In this document: one piece after another, positions 50,281 to 61,296 of the stretch
Layout of the letters: the number at the start of each line of letters is the position of its first letter
How positions within the stretch are numbered: the first letter of the stretch is position 1
Assembly: GCA_033764955.1 (NCBI GenBank)
Contig: JANRIL010000046.1
Span: forward strand, 1 to 64,000
DNA: 64,000 bases
Direction: 5' to 3'
DNA from: Cyanobacteriota bacterium
Lineage (GTDB): Bacteria; Cyanobacteriota; Cyanobacteriia; Thermostichales; Thermostichaceae
Position numbers and translations under genes: made by a program
Notes under the pieces: generated by a model
What the model was told of the DNA's origin: nothing
What the model saw: only the letters and a program-made list of their open reading frames with translations
Databases searched by the model: none

Positions 50281-50514
50281 CTAAATTTGTAGGCCAATGT
50301 ATACACCTATCAAAACTCTAGATAGATCCCTGGGATCCCTAGAGGTAATGCTGCCGAACTCAGCAGGATGGCTTGTTGAGAATCAAGGAAGCCTACATTA
50401 TTTCACCTGAATTTTACCTGATCGATTCGCAACACGGTTTGGTAATACGCTATGGTTGCTTCGATGCAGACCTGCACCGTCCCTCACCCCTCTCCCTATC
50501 TCTCTGAATAGCCC

Positions 50515-53070
50515 CTAGCGGTTAAGCAGTTGACCGCGGGTTACCCCCAGTTGCCGGTGCAGGTGAAATTCTCGCCACAGTTCCCCGCCCGAAATCTCTC
50601 CCTGCAGCAGTTGTTGGTAACGGGACACCAATTGCTTGACCAGCCCAGCTGATTCATTGAGAAATTCCACCCGAAAATGTTGCACCCCCAGGCGAATTAG
50701 TCGCTGGACAAACTCGGCAGCGGTTTGGGCTTGTCCGTTAAAAACCGTGTTGCGACAGCCCGCATCGGCTTTCAGAGGATGCAGGGATCCCACCCGATCC
50801 CGCAGGGCGACTTGCTGGCTTTCGCAGGGACGACCGCAGTTGGTGTGATCGGTGCCGTTGGAGAGAAAAGCACAAAAGACACAATGCTCCATATGAAACA
50901 TCGGCATGTGTTGATGGATGGTAACTTCGTACCACTCCGGTGGACTGAGGGTGAGCAGATCCTGCAACTGTTGAAAACTGAGATCATAGGAAGCGGTCAA
51001 CCGCTGCACCCCGTAGTGTTGGCGCAGGTAGTCGGCGGTGAGGGGATTGGCAACGTTGAAGGAAAAGTCAGCCACGCAGGGATCCGTCAAGGCCCAGGCT
51101 AGGTGATCGTAGTTGCGGATCAAATACCCCGCTGCACCCGCCCGCCGCACTGTGTTGAGGATGCCCTCTTCTCCTGGTTTGCTGATGCGAGGGGGAACCG
51201 CCCAAAACGGCACGGCGGATCCCCTCAGCCGTTCCACCGCCTGCCGATAGAGGCGCAGATCTTCAAATTCGCCATAGATTAAGGGGATCCCGCTTTGGCA
51301 GGCGGCCTCTAGCTGTTCTAGGTTCCGCACCAATACCCGCAGTTGGGGGAGGGTAGGGGATCCCGTTGGGGAGGGTGGGGGCAGCAAATCGTGGAAGCTA
51401 ACGGAAGGGGAGAGTTGCCACGTTGGGGGAGCTTGCCGGAGTGCCTGCAACTGCTCCACCCCCTGCCGCCGCAGATGATTCAGTTGTTTGAGGGGCAGGA
51501 TCACCGCCCCCACGAGGTGATTATGTAGCGCCGCTAGGTAAAAGGGGGTATGGCCCAACCGCCCCAGTTGCTCAACTAGGCGTTCTGGAGTCAGCGGCTG
51601 ACTTTCAGCCTCCAGCAAGGGAATCTCTGACCACAGCTCGATCTGATGCCCCCGTTCATCCTGCATCGTTAGGCGCAAGGGTTGCCCCGCCTGCCCATAC
51701 ACATGCATCACCAGGGGACGTTGATAACGGGGCTGTTCTCCAGCAAAGCTCTGTCGGGCTTGTTTTTCCCATTCCGGATCGCTGGTTTTCCAAACCCGAT
51801 CCCCAACGCGGATCTGGCGACTATCCCAGTCATGCCGACTCAGACAAAAAGCCGTTCGGGATCCCTGCGGCTGCACCTTGCCGATGCGTCCACCTGGTTC
51901 CGGTTGATCCGGTTGCCCCTGATCAAAAACCACCCCATCCCCCACCTTGAGGGGAGGGGATCCCGCCAGACTGATCCATTCCCCCGCGATCTGAGCGACC
52001 TGACCCAGATAGACCCCCCGTTTTTTACCGAAGCGAGCATGAACCAACTGGGGATGGTTGACCCCCTTCAGCCAACCCGTCGATAGACCCCGCGAAAAAC
52101 TCATTTCTAGGGAGTATTGCTGTTCAGGGGGGATGGTCAAGGGAGAGACCAGGGGATCCCCAACCGCATGCATCTCCTGAAGGAAGGCTGGCTCCAGGCG
52201 ATCGAGGGCTTGTCGATAGACCTGCGTTACACTAGCCACATATTCTGGACTTTTCAGCCGCCCCTCGATCTTCAGGCTGGCCACACCCGCCCGCAACAAG
52301 TCTGGTAAGAGAGAAATGCCCGCTAAATCTTGGGGGCTTAACAAATAGCGGCGATCCCCCAAATCGACCATCTGCCCATCGGCTATCAAGTCATAGGGCA
52401 TCCGGCAGGCTTGGGCACATTCTCCCCGATTGGCGGAGCGCCCCCCTAGTGACTCACTGGTTAAGCACTGCCCCGAATAAGCTACGCAGAGGGCACCATG
52501 CACAAACACCTCTAGGGGCAGATCGGATCCCGCCAAGCGAATCCGGTTGATTTCGGGGAGCGAACACTCCCGCGCCAGCACGACCACCTGGCAACCCAGC
52601 TTTTGAGCAAACGCAACGCCAGCGCCACTGGTGATGGTCATTTGGGTAGAGGCATGGATCGGGAAATCGGGGGAAAGATGGCGAATCAATCGGCAAATCC
52701 CCACATCCTGAACAATCACAGCATCCACCCCCGCCGCCATCACCTGCCGCAGATAGGTTTCTGCCTCCGCTAGCTCTTGAGGAAACACCAGCGTATTGAA
52801 GGTGACATAGCCCTTTACCCCCCGCCGATGCAGATAGCTCATCACCTGCGGGAGATCCGCCTCGCGGAAGTTCTCCGCCCGCATCCGCGCATTGAACCGC
52901 TCCAACCCAAAGTAGATGGCATCCGCGCCATTCTCCACTGCCGCCCGCAAACACTCCCAATCCCCCGCCGGAGCCAGCAGTTCTGGCAAGCGCCACTCGC
53001 TAGCAGAGGCATCTGCCGGAGCCGAGGATAACACCGAGTCGAGGGATCCCATCAATACCGTGCCGCCCAT
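50515..53070 (-). CDS. U32 peptidase family protein with DUF3656 (RlhA-like RNA hydroxylase)
   Basis: ELLAPAG, HASTQM, HGALCVAYSGQC, NRGECAQACR, KIEGR. Confidence 0.9.
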   Translation of the reverse strand: MGGTVLMGSLDSVLSSAPADASASEWRLPELLAPAGDWECLRAAVENGADAIYFGLERFNARMRAENFREADLPQVMSYLHRRGVKGYVTFNTLVFPQELAEAETYLRQVMAAGVDAVIVQDVGICRLIRHLSPDFPIHASTQMTITSGAGVAFAQKLGCQVVVLARECSLPEINRIRLAGSDLPLEVFVHGALCVAYSGQCLTSESLGGRSANRGECAQACRMPYDLIADGQMVDLGDRRYLLSPQDLAGISLLPDLLRAGVASLKIEGRLKSPEYVASVTQVYRQALDRLEPAFLQEMHAVGDPLVSPLTIPPEQQYSLEMSFSRGLSTGWLKGVNHPQLVHARFGKKRGVYLGQVAQIAGEWISLAGSPPLKVGDGVVFDQGQPDQPEPGGRIGKVQPQGSRTAFCLSRHDWDSRQIRVGDRVWKTSDPEWEKQARQSFAGEQPRYQRPLVMHVYGQAGQPLRLTMQDERGHQIELWSEIPLLEAESQPLTPERLVEQLGRLGHTPFYLAALHNHLVGAVILPLKQLNHLRRQGVEQLQALRQAPPTWQLSPSVSFHDLLPPPSPTGSPTLPQLRVLVRNLEQLEAACQSGIPLIYGEFEDLRLYRQAVERLRGSAVPFWAVPPRISKPGEEGILNTVRRAGAAGYLIRNYDHLAWALTDPCVADFSFNVANPLTADYLRQHYGVQRLTASYDLSFQQLQDLLTLSPPEWYEVTIHQHMPMFHMEHCVFCAFLSNGTDHTNCGRPCESQQVALRDRVGSLHPLKADAGCRNTVFNGQAQTAAEFVQRLIRLGVQHFRVEFLNESAGLVKQLVSRYQQLLQGEISGGELWREFHLHRQLGVTRGQLLNR

Positions 53071-53154
53071 TCAACAGCCTTGATCTTATCCTGCGGCTTG
53101 GGGATCCCCACTGAATGGGCAAGGCTCAGGGGAGGAAGGATAGAAAAAAAGGGC

Positions 53155-54111
53155 TTAGAAGGGGGAAGAAACCTTCGGTTTTTTGACTTTCTGTTCCCGC
53201 AGCCGCCGCAACATTTTCTGGAAGTATTCCCCCAAATAGTCCTCCAAATGATTCATCGAGGCGGGATCTAAGCCAAAGATTTCGTAGACCTGGGTCATGT
53301 CGGCATCCATGGGTTCTTCCGCCGCTAACACCTCCACGAAGGCCAAGCGATCGGCGATATTCCAACTCCACTGGAAGAACTGAGCCACTTTGCGGGATCC
53401 CCGCAACAACCCTAGGGGCATGGTGCTGATCTTGGCCTTGCGATTGGACAGTTGTTCGCAGAGTTGGATAATCTCCCGTGGCTTCCAGGCTTTGGGACCG
53501 GCTAACGGAAATACCTGCTGGCGAGTTGCTTCTATCTGCAAGGACTGCACCGCAAAACGAGCGATATCTTGAGTATTCATGTAGGCGGTGGGCACCGATT
53601 GGTTGGTGATCCACACCAGTTGCTCCTCCAAAATCGGCAACGCATACTGACCGATCAACCCCTGCATAAACCCACAGAGACGGAAGATCGTATAGGGCAT
53701 TTGTGCCTGCACTAGATACTTTTCAGTGTGGTGCTTAAAATTCATCAGGGGCACATTCGCATATTCTTTGTCGGCTCCCATGATCGAGAAAAACACATAG
53801 CGCTGGATCTGAGCCGCCCGCGCCGCATTGATCAAGGCCACCTTGCCATCCCAATCCACCTGCTTAGCACTCAGGCTATCGGTTGAACGGACGGTGGCAC
53901 AGTCAATCAAGGCATCCATCCCGACTAAGGCATCGGGAAGCGTTTCCGGTCGGCAGAGGTTCCCCACCTTGAGATGGGATCCCCACTCACTCAAAAAAGC
54001 TGCTTTAGCAGGATTTCGCACCAAACTCGTCACCTGATGCCCTTCCTCTAGGGCACGCCGCACAACCTGCCGCCCTAATGTTCCCGTTGCTCCCACCACC
54101 AATACGTTCAT
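53155..54111 (-). CDS. ycf39: Ycf39/HCF244 SDR-like PSII assembly factor
   Basis: VVGATGTLGRQ, VDWDGKVALI, WNIADRLAF. Confidence 0.9.
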   Translation of the reverse strand: MNVLVVGATGTLGRQVVRRALEEGHQVTSLVRNPAKAAFLSEWGSHLKVGNLCRPETLPDALVGMDALIDCATVRSTDSLSAKQVDWDGKVALINAARAAQIQRYVFFSIMGADKEYANVPLMNFKHHTEKYLVQAQMPYTIFRLCGFMQGLIGQYALPILEEQLVWITNQSVPTAYMNTQDIARFAVQSLQIEATRQQVFPLAGPKAWKPREIIQLCEQLSNRKAKISTMPLGLLRGSRKVAQFFQWSWNIADRLAFVEVLAAEEPMDADMTQVYEIFGLDPASMNHLEDYLGEYFQKMLRRLREQKVKKPKVSSPF

Positions 54112-54297
54112 AAAATTATTATTTCTTAACCTTCGCCTCAGTTTATCAGACTTGGTTGGCGATGGAGGGGGTTGAAACGGGGATCCCTGGCATTGATCCT
54201 TGAGAAAACAGTCGGAAAAGGCCAAATTCCCGTTACATGCTTAATGCAACTTAATGTGACACTTAACATTGGGGCACTGTCAGGGGAGACACCCCTA

Positions 54298-55197
54298 TCA
54301 GGAGACAGGCACTCCCATCGGCTGTTCAGGATCCGGTGTGGTAATCAAACCCGTCAAGGGAGAGCTGGCGCTGGCGATGGGTTTGAGGGGGATGCGCCCC
54401 GCTAGATAAGCAAGCCGTCCGGCCTGGGTGGCCATACCCATCGCCTCCGCCATGACCGCCGGAAGCTGTGCCTGGGCGATGGCGGTATTGATCAGCAGGG
54501 CATCGGCTCCCAGCTCCATCGCTTGAGCCGCCTCGGAGGGAACGGCAATGCCCGCATCCACCACCACAGGAACGCTGGCCTGCTCCACAATAATGCGGAT
54601 GGCATCAGCGGATTTGAGTCCTTGACCAGAGCCAATCGGGGATCCGAGGGGCATCACCGTCGCACAGCCGATCTCCTGCAAGCGCCATGCCAACTGCGGA
54701 TCGGCATTGATATAGGGCAGAACGGCAAATCCTTCCGCCACCAGTTGTTGGGCGGCCTCAAAAGTACCAATCGGATCGGGCAACAGATAACGCGGATCCC
54801 GAATCACCTCCAGCTTGACAAAGTGATTGTCCGTTTGTCCCAGCACCTGCTGAGCCATTTCTCGCCCCAAACGAGCCACCCGTACCGCCTCTTCCGCCGT
54901 CTGACACCCCGCCGTATTGGGCAATAACCAATAACGCTGCCAATCGAGAGCCTCCAACAAACCCACATGGCCTGCTGATTGCATCTGGATCCGCCGAATC
55001 GCCACCGTCACCATTTCGCACCCACTGGCGGCGAGGGCAGCTTGCATATCAGCCAGATTGCCATATTTACCAGTTCCCACCATCAGGCGAGATCGAAACG
55101 TTTTGCCCGCAATCACCAGCGGCTTGGGATCCGTGAGGGGGGGTGCGGATGCTGTTGTGGTCTCAGCCTCAGGAACGCCCACCTTATTCCCCACCAT
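54298..55197 (-). CDS. thiG: Thiazole synthase
   Basis: [33 protein letters not shown]. Confidence 0.97.
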   Translation of the reverse strand: MVGNKVGVPEAETTTASAPPLTDPKPLVIAGKTFRSRLMVGTGKYGNLADMQAALAASGCEMVTVAIRRIQMQSAGHVGLLEALDWQRYWLLPNTAGCQTAEEAVRVARLGREMAQQVLGQTDNHFVKLEVIRDPRYLLPDPIGTFEAAQQLVAEGFAVLPYINADPQLAWRLQEIGCATVMPLGSPIGSGQGLKSADAIRIIVEQASVPVVVDAGIAVPSEAAQAMELGADALLINTAIAQAQLPAVMAEAMGMATQAGRLAYLAGRIPLKPIASASSPLTGLITTPDPEQPMGVPVS

Positions 55198-55427
55198 TCA
55201 CCACTTTCAAAATGCCATAGCCCAAGATCAGTCCGGCCAGGGTCAAGCCTATACACAAGCCAGCAATCGTAAAAATCTCTCCAGCCATCGGGGGCTACTC
55301 CTCGTTTGGGGATAGGGTTATTCTTTCCTTAGAATAAACCAATTGGGATGCTTTCCCCTGAATCTACTGCCCTCCGCAACCCTATGGCACACTGAAGGGT
55401 AGACTCCTCAATCCAAGACTCTCAACT

Positions 55428-55700
55428 ATGCCCAAGCCCCCTCCCCCTCCTCGTAAACTGGAAGATCAATTTGTCGAAAACGTCTCCCGCTATCCCTTCT
55501 ATTTTGTGACGGTTTTGTTGGGAGGTATTTGGGTGGGCATTAAGCCCTTCGTGGATCTCTATCGCAAAAGCCCTCTCTCGGCGGTGGCGGTGGGGTTAGG
55601 CTTGAGCCTTTTCATGCTATTTATCCACTTCACGCTGCGGGGCATGGCGGGGGATAGTTTTTTCCCGGAGTGGATTTTGAATCGGATCCCCCAGAGTTAA
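55428..55700 (+). CDS. DUF751 family protein
   Basis: FVENVSRYPFYF..LG...TLRGM. Confidence 0.8.
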   Translation: MPKPPPPPRKLEDQFVENVSRYPFYFVTVLLGGIWVGIKPFVDLYRKSPLSAVAVGLGLSLFMLFIHFTLRGMAGDSFFPEWILNRIPQS

Positions 55701-55854
55701 GCGGGAGTTGCTAACCCATCAACGGAACCAGCGAGTTTGGTTGAAGCCGAGCTGCCTTTGCCCTTAAGCTAGATCCGATAGGATACCGTTGTCCCCCGTT
55801 GCCATAGTTACCACAAACCCGATCCCGTGCTGTTACTCAAGGAAAAAATAGGTT

Positions 55855-55995
55855 ATGGATATCGATTTTCGTCCGGTCATTGTTTTAGGCCCGATTATTT
55901 TGGTAGTTGGCTGGGCGGCTTTTAACATTGCCAAAGCAGCCATCAAGGGAGAAGCCAAACTCTTCGGAGAGAAAGGCAATAACCCTTTTGCTTAA
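55855..55995 (+). CDS. psbY: Photosystem II protein PsbY (below ORF-track length cutoff)
   Basis: MDIDFRPVIVLGPIILVVGWAAFNIAKAAI. Confidence 0.85.
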   Translation: MDIDFRPVIVLGPIILVVGWAAFNIAKAAIKGEAKLFGEKGNNPFA

Positions 55996-56044
55996 CCCAA
56001 AAAGCTAAGCATTTCTTGCTGGTTTTTTGTCTAGAATATTTACT

Positions 56045-56076
56045 CTGCTCAGATATAGTTTTCTGAGCAGCTTTTT
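56045..56076 (+). terminator. Intrinsic terminator after psbY
   Basis: CTGCTCAGA-N8-TCTGAGCAG followed by CTTTTT. Confidence 0.7.
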
Positions 56077-56115
56077 AGTCTTTCCCCTTTGCTCTGCTAT
56101 TGGGATAGTTCCCTC

Positions 56116-59100
56116 ATGAAAGCGCCTCTACCTGCCAATGAACCGGAACGGTTAGCCGCCCTCCACAGCTATCGAATTTTGGATACTCCCGCCGAGGCCG
56201 CTTTTGATGACATCACCCGCTTAGCCGCCGATATTTGTCAGACTCCTACCGCCCTGATCAGTTTGGTGGACGAAGATCGCCAATGGTTTAAGTCAAAGGT
56301 GGGTTTGGAGGCTAGCGAAACCAGCCGCGATCTGGCCTTTTGTGCTCATGCGATTTTGCAGGACGACCCTCTGGTTGTGGGGGATGCCCTTGCGGATCCG
56401 CGATTTGCCGACAACAGCTTGGTGACGGATTCCCCAAACATTCGTTTTTATGCCGGAGTACCTATTACCACTCCCCAGGGGCTAGCGGTTGGCACCCTCT
56501 GCGTGCTTGACTATCAGCCCCGCCAGATTGAGGCGGAGCAGGTGGAGAAGCTGAAGGCGTTGTCCCGCCAGGTATCCGCTCAGTTAGAACTGCGAAAAAG
56601 CCTGGGAGAACTGGAAAAGGGATCCCCTATCTTGTCCAAAACCCCTCAGATCAAACCCAAAAGCTTTTTTGGTCGGGTGGGGGGGTGGTTAGGGGTGGCG
56701 GCCTTTTTTTTGCTGGGGGGAGGAGTAGCCTTTTATCACAGCGTTGAGGGTCTGATTGATACGAACCGCTCGGTTAAACACACCCATCAGGTGATCGAAA
56801 CCCTGGATGCGTTGCCAAGCCAGCTTTTGGATTTAGAATTGCTACAAAACCTTTATTTGCTCACCCAGGACGCCGCCTATCTCCAAGAATTTCCTGATAA
56901 ACGGCAAGCCCTCCTCAACCAACTGGCTCAGATTAAGCCTTTGATTGCTGATAACCCTAGGCAGCAGCAGCAACTCACCCAACTGGAAGCACTGATTCAA
57001 CAAGAAATCGCCTCTATTCAAGCCATTTTGGCTCTCTCTACCCCCCAACTGGCGGAGGCACGTGCCCAACGGATTGATCTGACAATCCTACGGTTACGCC
57101 AACAGATCCAAGCCAAAATTGGGGAAATGCGGCAAGAGGAGTCCCGTCTGTTAGCACAACGAACCCGCATTTCTGAGCAAAACACCCAGAATGCCATTGT
57201 TGCCTATAGCATCGGGATCCCACTCAATCTTTTGGTGTTATGGCTGGTCTATTGGCTGATCTATCGAGAACTGAAGGAACGCCGGCAAGCAGAATGGCAA
57301 CTGCAAAAAGAGCGGGACTTTATCGCCGCCATCACCGACACCTCCGGGGCGCTCTTGGTGGTGTTGGATCCCTCTGGGCATATTGTGCGGTTTAACCAGG
57401 CTTGTGAACGGATGACGGGCTATAGTCTAGCGGAAGTAAAGGGACGCCTCCTCTGGGACTTAAAGCTAATTCCCCCTGCCGATATCCCTGGGGTGAAGGC
57501 GGCTTTTCAGTCCCTCAATCTCCAATCGACATACGGACAGCACGAAAACACCTGGATCACCAAAGACGGAAAAACCCGTCATATCTCCTGGTTCAACACG
57601 ATTATTTTTTCTGAAGATCAAACCCCCGAATTTATCATTGGGTCAGGCATTGATATCACCGAGCGCCAATGGGCGGAGCAAGAACTCTATCGCCGTAACG
57701 AGTATCTGGGGATGTTGCATGAAACTACCCTGGCGCTACTCAACCGTCTTGATCTCTCCGAACTGCTAGAAGCGATTGTACAAAAGGCGCTCCGCCTACT
57801 GGATACCTCCCATGCCTACCTCGCTTTGCTAGAACCCGACGGTCAAACCATGCGGATCCAGATTGGGCAGGGCAACTTTACCCCCTATATAGGCAGTCGC
57901 TTTGATCAATCAAAGGGTATGGGAGGGCGGATCTGGCAATCGGGGGAGGTGTTGATGGTGCAGGACTATGAGCGCTGGCCAGGTCGTTCCCATCTCTATC
58001 AACCGGGATCCCTGCATGCCCTAGTCGGAGTGCCCCTCAAATCGGGATCCCAGGTGGTGGGCGTGCTGGGGGTTGCCCATAGCGATCCGCTACGCCACTT
58101 TAGCCCCGAAGAAGTAGATATGCTCAGCCGTTTCGGGCAGTTGGCCTCCGTTGCCTATGACAATGCCCAACTTTATTCGGCGGTGCAACAGGAGTTAAGC
58201 GAGCGCAAGCGAGCGGAGATAGCCTTAGGAGAAAGCGAAGAACGCTACCGAGATTTATTTGAAAATGCCAATGATTTGATCCAAAGTGTCGCTATTGACG
58301 GCAGCTTTTTGTATGTGAATCGCGCCTGGAGAGAAACCTTAGGCTATAGCGAAGAGGAAATCGCCAGTCTAACTGTTTGGGATGTGGTTCATCCTGATCA
58401 GGCATCCCATTGTCAAGCGATATTTCAAAAGCTAGTGGAAGGAGAAAAAGTCGATCAGATCGAGACCAGTTTTGTTAGTAAACAAGGTCAAGAAATTCTG
58501 GTTGAAGGCAGTGCTAGCTGCAAGTTTTGGGCGGGCAAACCCTTTTCAACACGGGGCATCTTTCGGGATGTCACAGCTCGTAAGATCGCGGATCAGGAAT
58601 TGCAGCGTCAGGCAAAACGATCCCAATTATTAGCGGAAATAGCCCTCAAGATTCGCCGCTCTCTGCAACTGGATCATATTTTAGAAACTACCGTGCGAGA
58701 AGTCCAGAAAATTCTACAAACCGAACGAGTTTTGATCTATCAATTTCAAGCAGATGGCTCTGGTTTTGTGATCACCGAGTCGGTACAATCAGGTTGGATG
58801 AGCTTATTGGGTCAGAAAATTTCGGATCCTTGTTTTCAATCCATGACCCACCTCTATGCCCAAGGACGGATCCGCGCGATTGATGACATTCAAAAATCTG
58901 ATATTCAAGATTGCCATAAAGAACTATTAGCCAGTTTTCAGGTAAAAGCCAATTTGGTTGTCCCCATTTTCTTGAAACATGAATTATGGGGGTTATTGAT
59001 TGCCCACCAATGCTCACGGGCTAGGCAGTGGCAACCCTTTGAAATTGAATTGTTACAACAGCTAGCCGATCAGGTGGATATTGCTTTAGCTCAAGCCAAG

Positions 59101-61134
59101 TTACTTGCTCAAGAAACCGAACAACGGCAAATTTTGGCTCAACAAAACCGTGAGTTGGAGCAAGCTCGCTGGCAGGCAGAAGAAGCCTCACGCGCCAAAA
59201 GTACCTTTTTAGCCACGATGAGCCATGAAATTCGTACCCCAATGAATGCTGTTTTGGGTATGACAGGCATTTTAATGGATACTCCTCTGACGGCGGAACA
59301 GCGAGATTTTGTGGAAACGATTCGCTCTAGTGGAGATGCTCTACTTACCTTAATCAATGAAATCTTAGATTTTTCTAAGCTAGAAGCGGGAGAGATGGAG
59401 ATTGAGAAGCTCAACTTTAATCTCATTTTATGTCTGGAAGAGGTGATCGATCTGTTTGCTCCATTAGCCCAAAGTAAGAGACTAGAATTGGGTCTGATTA
59501 TCAATCCTGATGTTCCTATCTACTTGCAGGGAGATATTTCTCGCCTCCGTCAGGTGTTAACCAATTTGGTGGGCAATGCCATTAAATTTACCCATCAGGG
59601 GGAAGTTCTGTTACAGGTCAAGCTCATGGCTGAAACAGAGGCTACAGTGACCCTCGAACTTGCCGTGGCTGACACAGGTATCGGGATCCCTACCGATGTT
59701 CAGGCTCGTTTGTTTCAACCCTTCAGCCAGGGGGATGCTTCCACCACCCGCAAGTATGGTGGCACCGGACTGGGGCTAGCCATTTCTCGTCAGTTAGTGG
59801 ATCTGATGGGGGGATCCATTTGCCTGAAAAGTCGAGAAGGGGAAGGTAGCCGTTTTATCGTCAGTCTTACCTTTGAGAAACAGCCCCCCGGCAGCTTCTA
59901 TCCTTCCCCCGCATCGTTAGCCACGGTCGATTTGCAAGGGATCCGTCTACTGGTGGTGGATGACAACGCTACCAACCGCAAGATCGTTCGCTATCAAGCC
60001 GGATCCTGGGGGATGATGGTCAACGAGGTCGAAAATGCTGAGGAGGCTATCGAGCAACTGCGCCGAGCCAGTCAAGCCGGATCCCCTTATGCGGTAGCCC
60101 TGATCGACATGCAGATGCCAGAGATGGATGGAGAAACATTGGGGCAGATGATCAAAGCTGATCCGCTGATTGCCAAGACTCCTCTGATCATGATGACCTC
60201 GATTGGTCTGCGGGAGGTCAGCCAGCGGGTCTTGGAGCAAGGATTTGCTGCCTATCTGACCAAACCCGTTAAACATACTAAGTTGCGAGAATGTCTCGCC
60301 TGTGTTCTCTCCCCCCATCTGCCCATTGGACAATCCCCGTCTGATGGGGCGGATCCCTCTCTACCTCCGCTGGTACACCATCTCCGCATTTTGGTGGCTG
60401 AGGATAATGTGGTTAACCAAAAAGTAGCCCTCCGCCAGTTAAAAACCCTTGGCTATCAGGCCGATATGGTCGCCAATGGACAGGAGGCTCTCGATCTGTT
60501 GGGGAAACTTGCTTATGACATCGTTCTGATGGACTGTCAGATGCCCATTATGGATGGCTACACCGCCACCCAACGCATTCGCCAACAGGAAGGTTCGGAC
60601 CGCCACACCGTGATTATTGCCATGACCGCCAATGCCATGAAGGAAGATCGAGATCAGTGCCTAGCCGTTGGCATGGATGACTACATCAGCAAGCCCGTCT
60701 CGCGGGAGATGTTAGCAGCCACCCTGAATCGTTGGGGGCAGTATCTCCACCACCACTCCCCTCAGCCCAGCCCGCCCGCCCCCCCCGATGCAGCTCCCGC
60801 CTCCCCTCAGCCCATCAATATCCAGCAACTCCAACAGATCTCCGGCGGGGATCCTGACTTTGAGCGGGAAGTGCTACAGGTTTTTTTATCCGACAGTCAA
60901 ATTCAACTGCGTACCGCTCAAGAGTTCCGGCTTGCCCAAGATGCCCAAGCCCTTGCCCAACTCGCCCACCGCCTGAAAGGAGCTAGTTCTAGCATCGGAG
61001 CCACCACCATTAGCGCCCTTGCCGCTGAGCTAGAACAACAAGCCAAGTCAAATCACCTAGAAAAAGTGGCCGAACTCCTCCAAAAACTGCACATCGCCCT
61101 ATCGGATATTGATCACTTTGTTACCTATCACTAA
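56116..61134 (+). CDS. Hybrid sensor kinase GAF-CHASE3-PAS-GAF-PAS-GAF(CBCR)-HisKA-HATPase-REC-REC-Hpt
   Basis: MSHEIRTPMN, GGTGLGL, two receivers (DMQMP, DCQMP), AHRLKGAS; DPCF and DCH in the third GAF. Confidence 0.93.
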   Translation: MKAPLPANEPERLAALHSYRILDTPAEAAFDDITRLAADICQTPTALISLVDEDRQWFKSKVGLEASETSRDLAFCAHAILQDDPLVVGDALADPRFADNSLVTDSPNIRFYAGVPITTPQGLAVGTLCVLDYQPRQIEAEQVEKLKALSRQVSAQLELRKSLGELEKGSPILSKTPQIKPKSFFGRVGGWLGVAAFFLLGGGVAFYHSVEGLIDTNRSVKHTHQVIETLDALPSQLLDLELLQNLYLLTQDAAYLQEFPDKRQALLNQLAQIKPLIADNPRQQQQLTQLEALIQQEIASIQAILALSTPQLAEARAQRIDLTILRLRQQIQAKIGEMRQEESRLLAQRTRISEQNTQNAIVAYSIGIPLNLLVLWLVYWLIYRELKERRQAEWQLQKERDFIAAITDTSGALLVVLDPSGHIVRFNQACERMTGYSLAEVKGRLLWDLKLIPPADIPGVKAAFQSLNLQSTYGQHENTWITKDGKTRHISWFNTIIFSEDQTPEFIIGSGIDITERQWAEQELYRRNEYLGMLHETTLALLNRLDLSELLEAIVQKALRLLDTSHAYLALLEPDGQTMRIQIGQGNFTPYIGSRFDQSKGMGGRIWQSGEVLMVQDYERWPGRSHLYQPGSLHALVGVPLKSGSQVVGVLGVAHSDPLRHFSPEEVDMLSRFGQLASVAYDNAQLYSAVQQELSERKRAEIALGESEERYRDLFENANDLIQSVAIDGSFLYVNRAWRETLGYSEEEIASLTVWDVVHPDQASHCQAIFQKLVEGEKVDQIETSFVSKQGQEILVEGSASCKFWAGKPFSTRGIFRDVTARKIADQELQRQAKRSQLLAEIALKIRRSLQLDHILETTVREVQKILQTERVLIYQFQADGSGFVITESVQSGWMSLLGQKISDPCFQSMTHLYAQGRIRAIDDIQKSDIQDCHKELLASFQVKANLVVPIFLKHELWGLLIAHQCSRARQWQPFEIELLQQLADQVDIALAQAKLLAQETEQRQILAQQNRELEQARWQAEEASRAKSTFLATMSHEIRTPMNAVLGMTGILMDTPLTAEQRDFVETIRSSGDALLTLINEILDFSKLEAGEMEIEKLNFNLILCLEEVIDLFAPLAQSKRLELGLIINPDVPIYLQGDISRLRQVLTNLVGNAIKFTHQGEVLLQVKLMAETEATVTLELAVADTGIGIPTDVQARLFQPFSQGDASTTRKYGGTGLGLAISRQLVDLMGGSICLKSREGEGSRFIVSLTFEKQPPGSFYPSPASLATVDLQGIRLLVVDDNATNRKIVRYQAGSWGMMVNEVENAEEAIEQLRRASQAGSPYAVALIDMQMPEMDGETLGQMIKADPLIAKTPLIMMTSIGLREVSQRVLEQGFAAYLTKPVKHTKLRECLACVLSPHLPIGQSPSDGADPSLPPLVHHLRILVAEDNVVNQKVALRQLKTLGYQADMVANGQEALDLLGKLAYDIVLMDCQMPIMDGYTATQRIRQQEGSDRHTVIIAMTANAMKEDRDQCLAVGMDDYISKPVSREMLAATLNRWGQYLHHHSPQPSPPAPPDAAPASPQPINIQQLQQISGGDPDFEREVLQVFLSDSQIQLRTAQEFRLAQDAQALAQLAHRLKGASSSIGATTISALAAELEQQAKSNHLEKVAELLQKLHIALSDIDHFVTYH

Positions 61135-61296
61135 CTCCCTTCCCTGCAACAAACAGGGGTTCCCCTCCCTCCACAATTCTTGACGGGATCCCGTGCTTAC
61201 CCTATGCTCAAGGCACCGCAGCATGGGGTTAGAAGGATTGTATTGTTCGGTGTGAGGATCACTGCATTTATGATCAGAGCTTGTTGGAACCAACGG

